Shown in pieces: positions 45,617 to 54,293 of a stretch of DNA of 64,000 nucleotides (positions are counted from its first letter, which is position 1; every line of letters begins with the position of its first letter). The stretch comes from Naegleria gruberi. Taxonomy: Eukaryota. The notes beneath the pieces are model-generated. The model searched no databases and was not told where the DNA came from. It saw only the letters and a list, made by a program, of their open reading frames with translations. Both the position numbers and the translations under genes were made by a program. Where the stretch lies: NCBI GenBank assembly GCA_000004985.1, contig GG738858.1. One strand, written 5' to 3'.

Positions 45617-46882
45617 ATGTTAAAATCACTCCAAGAATCAACCTGTTGTGCCTCAGCAGAGGACATTTCCCGTCTGATTGAGGCCCTCGAATCCGACGAT
45701 CATCAAACCCTTAAACAAATTCACGACTCTTATCCAACCCTTGAATTTTACAAGAGAATTCCCTCACATCACAACGATACAATTCTTCATCTCGTCTATC
45801 GATATACAGGCAGGGTTATGTATGAATCATTCGAGGTGTTGTCCATCTTTTCCACTCCAAGTGATGAACTTCAACTCTCCGATCATGAATTTAAGGAAGC
45901 CCTCTTTCAACCGAATTTATATGGATTTACTCCTATTCACTATTGTATGATGTATGCTACCTTTGAGGATTCAGCTAATTTAATTTGTCAATTCCTTAAT
46001 GATGACGATGATGATGATCAAGATGATGATAAGGATGAAAAGATGAAGAATTCATCCTGTGGTTATTTAGAAAGAATTTTAGCCTTGGAAAAGATTGGTA
46101 CTCTCATACAACAATGTAATGATCGAGTGGAAGACTCGGAAAAGTTGAGTCAAGAAGAACAACTGGTGTTGGTGAAGGAAATTTCCGAAGGTTTGAATCA
46201 AAAGTTTAGGGAATGTTGTGTTTATGATCAATATTTGAACTTGTTGAGGGTTTTACACATGTTGGGAAGTGATAATTCATCAGGTCATGCCAATAATATG
46301 ATTAATGTGGAATCTGTGGATTTAACTGGTTCAACTCCCTTGTTGATTGCCATGCAAAGAGAATGTGAAGAGATTATTCAATATTTGGTTGATCATGGAG
46401 CTAATATTAATGCTGTGGATATTAGATTGAAATCAACCCTATCGTATTGTATCAGATTTGAGGAGACGATTGCTTGGTTGCAATACTTTTTGGAGAAGGG
46501 AGCTCAAGTGAATGTTGGAGATTGTATTCATGTTGCTTGTGAGGAAGGTTATGCAGAGGCTGTTGAAATGCTTCTAAACTGGAGAAGTGATTTGGATGTT
46601 TGTTCATTCGATAGTGAAGGAAACTCTGTGTTTATTTGTTTGGTGAAACATAAACATGAGAAAATGTTTGAGATTTTGAATATGATACTTCCACAAGCTC
46701 TGAAGAATTTAGATAATGATAAGGAAAAGCTGAGATGTTTGCTTCTTCTCCCTTGCCAGCCACCAAAGAGTTTGAATGGAGAAGATTTGGATGTGGAATA
46801 TGAAGCATTTACACTTCATGGAAAGTTAACAGAATATGGTTGCAAGGATGCTTTACAATTAATTGATGCATATTCAAGCTAA
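45617..46882 (+). CDS. Ankyrin-repeat protein (421 aa)
   Basis: GSTPLLIAMQRECEEIIQYLVDHGANINAVD and further ANK-like repeats. Poly-Asp acidic stretch. A-run before the ATG. Confidence 0.6.
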   Translation: MLKSLQESTCCASAEDISRLIEALESDDHQTLKQIHDSYPTLEFYKRIPSHHNDTILHLVYRYTGRVMYESFEVLSIFSTPSDELQLSDHEFKEALFQPNLYGFTPIHYCMMYATFEDSANLICQFLNDDDDDDQDDDKDEKMKNSSCGYLERILALEKIGTLIQQCNDRVEDSEKLSQEEQLVLVKEISEGLNQKFRECCVYDQYLNLLRVLHMLGSDNSSGHANNMINVESVDLTGSTPLLIAMQRECEEIIQYLVDHGANINAVDIRLKSTLSYCIRFEETIAWLQYFLEKGAQVNVGDCIHVACEEGYAEAVEMLLNWRSDLDVCSFDSEGNSVFICLVKHKHEKMFEILNMILPQALKNLDNDKEKLRCLLLLPCQPPKSLNGEDLDVEYEAFTLHGKLTEYGCKDALQLIDAYSS

Positions 46883-47065
46883 ATGAATTAAATAATATAA
46901 CAGTATTCTAAAGCCAGATACTATTTAAATAATTTGCTCTTGTCTTGAAGAAGTTATTTTTGAAATACTTGAAACAACCAAAGAACTTATTTCCTTTTTC
47001 AAAATCTTTAAATAGCAAAAAAATCTGGAGCCAATCAATGAATTCAACAAAGAAAATAACACAAC

Positions 47066-47443
47066 ATGAATAATAATAACTTTAATAAAAGCATGATGAA
47101 TAACAATAGAAGAGTAGGAGAGCAAGATTTGAATCCATTGCCTGGGTTTCAACCTTTACAAGGAAATGCTCCTTCCTCAATGAGTATTGGATTTGGTGGC
47201 AATCTCGTTGGACCAAATAATCCAATTTTCAATGGCTCGAATATTCCTTCTGCTTCTTCAATGGGAGGAGGTATGAAACCTCAGATGTTACCTGGTTCTA
47301 GATTTGATCCAGTTTATCCTATCATTGGGCCATTTGGAGGTTCTGTAAGTGGAAATAGAGGTGAAAGTTCTTCATCGTCTTCATTTGGAAATATTAATCC
47401 AGATCATCACAAACCTCCACAATTTGGAGATGAAGATTTGTAA
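47066..47443 (+). CDS. Small Gly/Ser/Asn/Pro-rich hypothetical protein (125 aa)
   Basis: ORF only. Low complexity. Confidence 0.3.
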   Translation: MNNNNFNKSMMNNNRRVGEQDLNPLPGFQPLQGNAPSSMSIGFGGNLVGPNNPIFNGSNIPSASSMGGGMKPQMLPGSRFDPVYPIIGPFGGSVSGNRGESSSSSSFGNINPDHHKPPQFGDEDL

Positions 47444-47559
47444 TTTCGATAACGAGTGAAACAAGAGTTTCAATAAATATAGCCCGAGTTTAATGTGAAT
47501 AAAATTTGCTTTCAAAGATTTTCAATATTCTTTATATTTATTGTGTTAAGGTAATGAAT

Positions 47560-47677
47560 GGCTACGGCCATATCACGATGAATGCACCTCATCCCGTCCG
47601 ATTTGAGAAGTTAAGCATCGTCGAGCCACATCAGTACTGAGGTTGGAGACAACTTGGGAACCTGTGGTGCTGTAGTC
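47560..47677 (+). rRNA. 5S ribosomal RNA gene, copy 2 (one substitution relative to copy 1: GAATGC vs GAAAGC), followed by T5
   Basis: 118-nt match to copy 1. Preceded by about 75 bp that is shared with copy 3. Confidence 0.9.
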
Positions 47678-47790
47678 TTTTTATCACACATTAATTTCGA
47701 TAAATAGATGATTCACAGCACCAAAAAAAAGGAAATTCAACTTTTTCAACACTCATTGGAATTGCTGATTTACAGAGCTCAACAGCCAAT

Positions 47791-48927
47791 TTAGAAACAC
47801 TTTCTATGAACAAAACCTGGACCAGCCTCCTCATATTCCTCTTTCGATATCCACATCTGCTGAAAGGTTGCAAGACTCGCGAGGATACTACCTCCAATCC
47901 AAACTGAATACTTTCTTTCAGGTGGGGCGACAACCTTTATCTTCATTGAGGCTGGTGCCAAAGCAGTCAATTCCTTGGTCATTCTTTCAGCAATACCTTC
48001 GAACATGGTATTACCACCTGACAAGACAACATTTCCATACAATTCCTTTCTAATGTCAATGTCACATTTACCAATTGAGTTGAATGCCATTTCATGAACA
48101 CCAGCAGCCTCCATTTTTTCAACCAAATTAGGTTGGAATAAAACTTCTGGACATCTGAATCGTTCGTTACCAATTGTTATCACATTACCATCTGGTAATT
48201 CGTATAACTTTTCCACGGAGGATGATTCAGCAGCAACTTTCATTTCAGCTTCGAAATCTAAAGCAATATAACAGAGCTTTTCCTTAATACCTCTGACAAC
48301 TTCTCTTTCAGCAGTAGTATTGAATGAGTAACCTCTTTCCATCAAAATATTCATCAAACAATCAGTCAAGTCACGACCAGCCAAATCCAATCTCAAAATG
48401 GCATGTGGCAAGGCATAACCTTCATAAATTGGAACAGTGTGTGAAACACCATCACCAGAATCCAAAACTATACCAGTACTTCTACCAGAAGCATACAATG
48501 ACAAGACAGCTTGAATGGAAACATACATGGCCGGAACTGAGAAGGTTTCAAACATGATTTGACTCATCTTTTCTCTATTTGGCTTTGGATTAAAAGGAGC
48601 TTCAGTCAACAAGACTGGATGTTCCTCAGGAGCAACACATAATTCATTGTAGAAGGTGTGATGCCAGATCTTTTCCATATCATCCCAATTAGTAACAATA
48701 CCGTGCTCAATTGGATACCTTAAAGTCAAGACACCACACTTGTATTGAGCTTCATCACCAACATAGGCATCCTTACCAAACATTCCAATCATGATTGACT
48801 TTTGCTTTGGTCTAGCAACAATTGAGGGAAAGACAGCTCTTGGAGCATCATCACCAGCAAAACCAGCTTTACACATACCAGAACCGTTGTCAACAACGAG
48901 AGTTTGAACGTCTTCATAGAAAGACAT
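47791..48927 (-). CDS. Actin (about 80% identical to conventional actin), intronless. The likely start is the Met of [17 protein letters not shown] at 48927; the ORF extends 21 codons further upstream to 48990.
   Basis: [103 protein letters not shown], terminal VHRKCF. A-rich context AAAAAAAACAAATCAAATG precedes the internal Met. Confidence 0.9.
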   Translation of the reverse strand: MSFYEDVQTLVVDNGSGMCKAGFAGDDAPRAVFPSIVARPKQKSIMIGMFGKDAYVGDEAQYKCGVLTLRYPIEHGIVTNWDDMEKIWHHTFYNELCVAPEEHPVLLTEAPFNPKPNREKMSQIMFETFSVPAMYVSIQAVLSLYASGRSTGIVLDSGDGVSHTVPIYEGYALPHAILRLDLAGRDLTDCLMNILMERGYSFNTTAEREVVRGIKEKLCYIALDFEAEMKVAAESSSVEKLYELPDGNVITIGNERFRCPEVLFQPNLVEKMEAAGVHEMAFNSIGKCDIDIRKELYGNVVLSGGNTMFEGIAERMTKELTALAPASMKIKVVAPPERKYSVWIGGSILASLATFQQMWISKEEYEEAGPGFVHRKCF

Positions 48928-49219
48928 TTGATTTGTTTTTTTTAAAGTTTGTTCATCTGGACAACATTTGACAATTTGAAGTTGACTCAAGTCTTCATAT
49001 CAGAGCTATCAGTCATATCCGTCAAGTAAATGAAAAAAGAACTTTTGAATTTTTGCTGGTTCCTAAATTTAGAAAATATTGAAATGATATGGAGTTGGAT
49101 TGTTCTTTGTTCGATAGTAATTCAAAATAATTCAAAGATTGTTGTGAACATCCCTTGTTGAAGATCAATAGGTAAGAATGCTTACCATTCCCCAAATGAT
49201 TTCATCTATATTTCAGTTT

Positions 49220-50218
49220 TTATTCAAATATTCTAATGGAAAAGGCCTGTTGATCAGCAATGAACAATAATCCACTTTTCTCATCAAAATCCATTCCAAA
49301 TGGGCTTAGTGTAGATGTAGAATCTTGTATGTGTGAATGTATTAAATTTCCATCCAAATCAAACACTAAAATTCTCTTATTATCATAATCTGAAAGGAAG
49401 AATTTCTTGCCAGTTCTATCAATTGCAAATCCTAATGGTTGACTACAGGGAATATTATCCACTTGGTTAATTGTTCGAATTAATTTCCATTCATTTGGAT
49501 TAATCTCATCATAAATAAAGCAGGCATTAACAGCAAGATCTGAAACAATCATCCTATTTGGTCTAAGAAATTTAACATCCACTATTCTACTGAGATTTTC
49601 AAGTTTGAGCTGGGCAATAATTTTGCCATCTGTGGTATCTATGACATCCATCTCTTTGCTCATATTGTTAAATCTGAATAATTGTTTCCGATTTCCAATT
49701 TCTCTGATGGCCATTCCATATTGATGATTAGTCTCAATACTCCAAATACATTCAGCTTCATTTCCCAATTTCAATAAATCCTTAACTCTATATTTCCCTA
49801 AACCATTTGAGCATCTAAAGTAAATGGCGTCATTATTAAAATTTTCTTCAATCACTAAACTCATACATCTGCCAACAATTGGAAATGCTGTCAAATATTC
49901 TAAACTAGTCAAATCAAAAAATTTAATTTCCTTATTCGCATCATCAGCCACACAAACAAAGTTATGGGTGTGAGAAATCTTTACATCGGATGGAAAGCGA
50001 AGACCATGATTCTTGTTTGAATCAATTTTTTTAATTTCATTAAACTTCATTGCAAACGGAATTGTTTTCTGATAATTTCTCATCTTGTTTTTTAATTGAT
50101 CAAATAAAACATGATCGGATTTTAATTGATCAAAATCGAGCAGGGAAACATTTAGAGAGCGTGTGTCCTCTTCCTGCAATAATTGGTGAAGAAGATTCGG
50201 AGAAGGTTGTTGCGACAT
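49220..50218 (-). CDS. NHL-repeat (beta-propeller) protein (332 aa)
   Basis: Repeated blocks of the type PxGxAxD..G..aVsDxxNxRIxxF, e.g. LSPFGMDFDEKSGLLFIADQQAFSIRIFE and FFLSDYDNKRILVFD. Confidence 0.5.
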   Translation of the reverse strand: MSQQPSPNLLHQLLQEEDTRSLNVSLLDFDQLKSDHVLFDQLKNKMRNYQKTIPFAMKFNEIKKIDSNKNHGLRFPSDVKISHTHNFVCVADDANKEIKFFDLTSLEYLTAFPIVGRCMSLVIEENFNNDAIYFRCSNGLGKYRVKDLLKLGNEAECIWSIETNHQYGMAIREIGNRKQLFRFNNMSKEMDVIDTTDGKIIAQLKLENLSRIVDVKFLRPNRMIVSDLAVNACFIYDEINPNEWKLIRTINQVDNIPCSQPLGFAIDRTGKKFFLSDYDNKRILVFDLDGNLIHSHIQDSTSTLSPFGMDFDEKSGLLFIADQQAFSIRIFE

Positions 50219-50405
50219 TTTTTTTTAATTTATTTTTACAACAGTTTCAATCTTTGTAACCAAACTGTGCAAGAAACACTGGAATTTGAGAGTTTTTAGT
50301 ATTCTTTACAATATAGGTCCAGCCTTGTTTAATATATAACATGAATAAATTTTGCTTTCGGAGATTTTCAATATTCTTTATATTCATTGTATTAAGGTAA
50401 TGAAT

Positions 50406-50523
50406 GGCTACGGCCATATCACGATGAAAGCACCTCATCCCGTCCGATTTGAGAAGTTAAGCATCGTCGAGCCACATCAGTACTGAGGTTGGAGACAACT
50501 TGGGAACCTGTGGTGCTGTAGTC
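50406..50523 (+). rRNA. 5S ribosomal RNA gene, copy 3 (identical to copy 1), followed by T5
   Basis: 118/118 identity with 25378-25495. Shares about 75 bp of upstream sequence with copy 2. Confidence 0.9.
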
Positions 50524-50704
50524 TTTTTAATTAAGTTTTAAGACACATGAATCTTTAAAGTTGTTCATGTAGTCTTTTTGAGGAGAATTTTACTCCCTGT
50601 TCAAAGTATTAACATTTGATATTTGGGCATTTAATTAAAGTAGTACCACAACATCTTTCTCGGCCAATTGGCTTTGATCGAGTGAAGTTTCTGTTCTTTT
50701 CAGT

Positions 50705-51094
50705 TTAATAGCTGAAAGCAGCCCAAGGGTTGCCTCCTCTCAATCTCAATACTAAATGCACAGTTGAGTCCTTTTGAAGATTGTAATCATTAATGGTTCT
50801 GCCATCTTCCAATTGTTTTCCTGCATAAATCAATCGTTGTTGATCTGAAGGAATACCTTCTTTATCAAATATCTTTTGTTTCATATTCTCAACAGTATCA
50901 CTCGATTCCATTTCAATTGTAATTGTCTTTCCAGTTAAGGTTTTTACTTGTTTTCCAGCAAAGATGAGTCTTTGTTGATCTGGTGAAATTCCTTCCTTTT
51001 CTTGAACTTTTCTTTTCACATTTTCAATTGAATCATTAGATTCAACTTCCAAAGTGATTGTTCTACCAATGAGTGTCTTGACGAATAATTGCAT
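50705..51094 (-). pseudogene. Degenerate ubiquitin-like gene: Ub(1-49) fused in frame to Ub(5-76) plus an 8-aa tail, with multiple substitutions relative to the near-invariant ubiquitin sequence
   Basis: [49 protein letters not shown] | [80 protein letters not shown]. Canonical ubiquitin differs at 15 or more positions. Confidence 0.6.
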
Positions 51095-51096
51095 TA

Positions 51097-52477
51097 TGTT
51101 TGTTGTTTTTTTTTCTTATTGTTTTTCTTTGAATTCAAAGCATTTCTTTGCATTTTATTCTTGTAAACCTCCATTCCAATAAGATTTGGTTGAAATAATA
51201 TCTCAGTAGTTTTGAATCTTTCATTCCCAAGTGAAATTACATTTCCATCTGGCAATTCTAGACCGTGGGAGGTGAGAAGGATTGACAAATATTTTAAAAA
51301 AAAATTAAGAAGTCACTCAAAAAACAATTTGTTAAAGTCGAGCCGAAGGTTTATTGGACCAAGAGTGAGACAGTGTGTTCAAAGTATCAATTACCACTTG
51401 TTCTTCTAGAAACAAGTACTTCTGGGTTCTTGTACATGAACCTTCGCTTTAATGTACCAACAATTTCAAGTAAATGGGCAGGCACTTATCTAGATGATGT
51501 TTTGGTGAGGTGAATGTAGTAATGGCTGGTGAGGAAGGAAGCAAAGGGAGAACTCTCCTCATGGTGGCTTCTCAAGGTAGCATGCTGAAGGTGGGAATAC
51601 CAACCAATATACCTATTTAGCAGGGTGATGATGAAATCATGATGAGTAATTGTTGTTTGTTGTTTTTTTTTGTTGAATATTTAACGGTCAGAACAGACAA
51701 CTTTCAGCGGTTATTGGTTGGCGCGAAATTACCGTGATGTAACATTTTTTAGCTCACCTCCCTCGGTCTAGGCAATTCATATAAACTTTCTTTCGCTGTT
51801 TCTGCCAAAAAATTACTGGCAACATAACCAGTTTTTTCCTTCATATCCCTGACTAGTTCAGTTTCACCCATCGTGCTGAAATTATATCCTCGTTCCATTA
51901 ACATTTTCTTCAAATAATCTGTCAGGTCTTTGCCTCCTAATTCCAATCTTTTGGTGGCATGTGACAGGGCATATCCTTCATAAACAGGTACTGAATTAGT
52001 GACGCCATCACCTGATTCCAATACTACACCTGTCATTCTACCATTTGCAAATATTGACATGGCACATTGATTTGCCAAACACAAACCTCTCACCTTAAAA
52101 CTTTCAAACATGATTTGTGTCATTTTCACTTTCACATCCTTTGAATTTAGTGGCATTTCCATCAGTAATACTTCATGCTCCTCAGGAGCAACTCTTAACT
52201 CATTGTAAAATGTATGATGCCATATCTTTTCCATATGATACCAATCTGAAATTAATCCACGATCAATTGGATATTTGTAAACATTAATACCCCTCCTACA
52301 CAATGCATAATCTCCAACGTAAGTTTCGATAGAGCCCATTGAAAGGAGGAAGGGTGCTACTTTTCGATGTGAAGTTACTGTGGGAAAGACTGCTCGTGGA
52401 GCATAATCACCAGAAAAACCAGCTTTCATTTGAGAGGAACCATTATCAATGATGAGTGGTGGATTTTCATCAGTCAT
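51097..52477 (-). pseudogene. Truncated divergent actin paralog interrupted by a 512-bp MITE-like insertion. The coding parts are 51771-52477 and 51097-51258; the stop TAA overlaps the ATG of the downstream ubiquitin-like ORF as TAATG.
   Basis: [76 protein letters not shown] | insertion | [28 protein letters not shown], then a basic tail. Lacks about 100 C-terminal actin residues. Confidence 0.7.
51259..51770. mobile_element. Non-autonomous DNA transposon (MITE-like), 512 bp, with 18-bp terminal inverted repeats (TAGACCGTGGGAGGTGAG .. CTCACCTCCCTCGGTCTA, 17/18 match) and an exact 8-bp target site duplication GGCAATTC at 51251-51258 and 51771-51778
   Basis: TIR and TSD read directly from the sequence. 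Removing the element and one TSD copy restores the in-frame actin sequence ..[18 protein letters not shown]... No ORF of significance inside. Confidence 0.8.
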
Positions 52478-52575
52478 TTTTTTTTGTAAGTTTTAAATTG
52501 GGAACTTGGAACAATATTTCACTTGCATTAAAAGTTCAAAATTTTTGTGATTATCTCAATAATATAAAATCTTAA

Positions 52576-52646
52576 CTCGAACGCCGGGAATTGAACCCGG
52601 GTCGCCAGAGTGACAGTCTGGAATGCTACCACTATACCACGCCCGA
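52576..52646 (-). tRNA. tRNA-Asp (anticodon GUC), 71 nt
   Basis: Minus-strand read TCGGGCG TG GTA TAGTGGTAG CAT TCCAGA CTGTCAC TCTGG CGA CCCGG GTTCAAT TCCCGG CGTTCGA G. Anticodon loop CUGUCAC. Acceptor stem closes with two G-U pairs. Confidence 0.85.
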
Positions 52647-52779
52647 TTACATACCTTACGAAATCTCACCTTAATTCACCTTAATAACAAATCTCACTCA
52701 ATTCTGGCTAATTTGTATTTATTCAAAGGTATTTATGTTTTTAAAAGCTCCATGAACTTGGCTGGAAATTCAATTAAAT

Positions 52780-54060
52780 GTGGAAACTTCTCTATTTGTT
52801 TCAGATGTGCATTTTCGAAAATGCATCTTTTTTTTCAAATATGAATCACAAATGGACAAAGTTGATGGAAACACAACCAAAAAAATGGATCCACAACTAA
52901 CGTTCAAGGCATACAGCAAGATTGAAAATCATCATCAGGAGAGTTTCGTTTCAAAGTTATTGGAAAAGGAAACTGAAGATTCGGATAAGAAATTGGAATG
53001 GGTTTGCTTGGAGAAAGTGCATGGTAGCAATTTCAGCTTTATTGTTGTTCCTAAAGAAGGATCACAAGATAAAGTTGAAGTATTGAAAGCAAATCGTACC
53101 AATGTTCTTACCATATTAAGTAATTTCTTTGTGGAAGCTCAAAAAGAAGTTTACGAAAGATATTACAAGAGTTGTGTTAAATTATTCGAAATTATTTCTC
53201 AAAATGCAGAAAAATTCAAACGAAAGACTATGGAAACTGAAAGTGAAATTACAAAAATTCACATATTTGGTGAATTATTTGGTGGATACTTTCCAAAATT
53301 GAAAAATGATCAAGATTCGAATGGTATTCGTAAAGCACACATTCAAAAAGGTGTTTACTATTGTCCACATTATGATTTTTACGTATTTGATGTGGCAGTG
53401 ACATTTGGCGACCAAGATACTTGGTTACTTTTCGATGAGGCAGATCCAATTCTTGAAGAAGCAGGATTTAGAGTTAGAGCTAAACCACTTTTTAGAGGTT
53501 CATTGAAGGAATGTTTGGATTTTGATGTGGAAATTAACACGATAATTCCACAAACTTTTTATTCTGACATTTTGACAGAAAATGATATTTTATTTAAGGA
53601 AAAGGAAAATATTTGTGAAGGAGTGGTGATTAAACCTGCTAATGGTACTGTATTTGTCGGATCGAGGGCAATTATTAAGAAGAAGAATTCAAAATTTACT
53701 GAAGTCAATCCTGCCAAAGATAAATCTAAACGAATGAAGAAACAGGAAAAATCTGTGGATCAAGACGAACAAGAAATGATTTCTAATGTGTGGAATGAAA
53801 TTGAGCGATATTTGAATAATAATCGTCTTGATAATGTCGTTTCCAAAGTTGGAAATATTACTAGAGAAAATCTTTCACTTGTTTTGAAGAATTTTGTGAA
53901 CGATGCCATTGAGGATTATGATAAAGATCAACAAGAATTGGGAGAAGAAGGAGCTACCCTATCATCCCTTCCAGTCAACATTCAAAAATCAATCAAGAAG
54001 AAATTGGGATCCACCTGTCAAGCAATTCTTCTAAAATACATGAACGAAAACAAACAATAA
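52780..54060 (+). CDS. ATP-dependent RNA ligase of the Rnl2 family (nucleotidyltransferase motifs I, III, IV, V), intronless, 426 aa
   Basis: Motif I EKVHGSN (KxHGxN lysine-adenylate site). Motif III IHIFGELFGGYFP. Motif IV CEGVVIKPANG. Motif V AIIKKKNSKF. The true start may be the internal Met (MDKVDG) at about 52852. Confidence 0.75.
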   Translation: METSLFVSDVHFRKCIFFFKYESQMDKVDGNTTKKMDPQLTFKAYSKIENHHQESFVSKLLEKETEDSDKKLEWVCLEKVHGSNFSFIVVPKEGSQDKVEVLKANRTNVLTILSNFFVEAQKEVYERYYKSCVKLFEIISQNAEKFKRKTMETESEITKIHIFGELFGGYFPKLKNDQDSNGIRKAHIQKGVYYCPHYDFYVFDVAVTFGDQDTWLLFDEADPILEEAGFRVRAKPLFRGSLKECLDFDVEINTIIPQTFYSDILTENDILFKEKENICEGVVIKPANGTVFVGSRAIIKKKNSKFTEVNPAKDKSKRMKKQEKSVDQDEQEMISNVWNEIERYLNNNRLDNVVSKVGNITRENLSLVLKNFVNDAIEDYDKDQQELGEEGATLSSLPVNIQKSIKKKLGSTCQAILLKYMNENKQ

Positions 54061-54293
54061 ACCCAGATTCTAACACTCTTACCTTAATAAATTCCCATCT
54101 TTAAATCAGTTAATGTACTTCACTTGCATGAAGATGATCTTTTTGAGAGAGAGATTTAAAAAGTTCATCAAAACTCAATCTCTGAAATTTTATTTCATCG
54201 TAATGAACCAGAAAAAAATATTATTTTTTTAATCATCAAAAAAAAACCTTAATAACAAACTCTGTCGGGAACAGATAGCAATTATCATTATTA

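Noticed and set aside
48928-48990. 21-codon N-terminal extension of actin ([21 protein letters not shown]) as real coding sequence
   Set aside because: Actins start close to the DNGSG block. The internal Met has an A-rich initiation context. The extension is more likely 5' UTR in frame.
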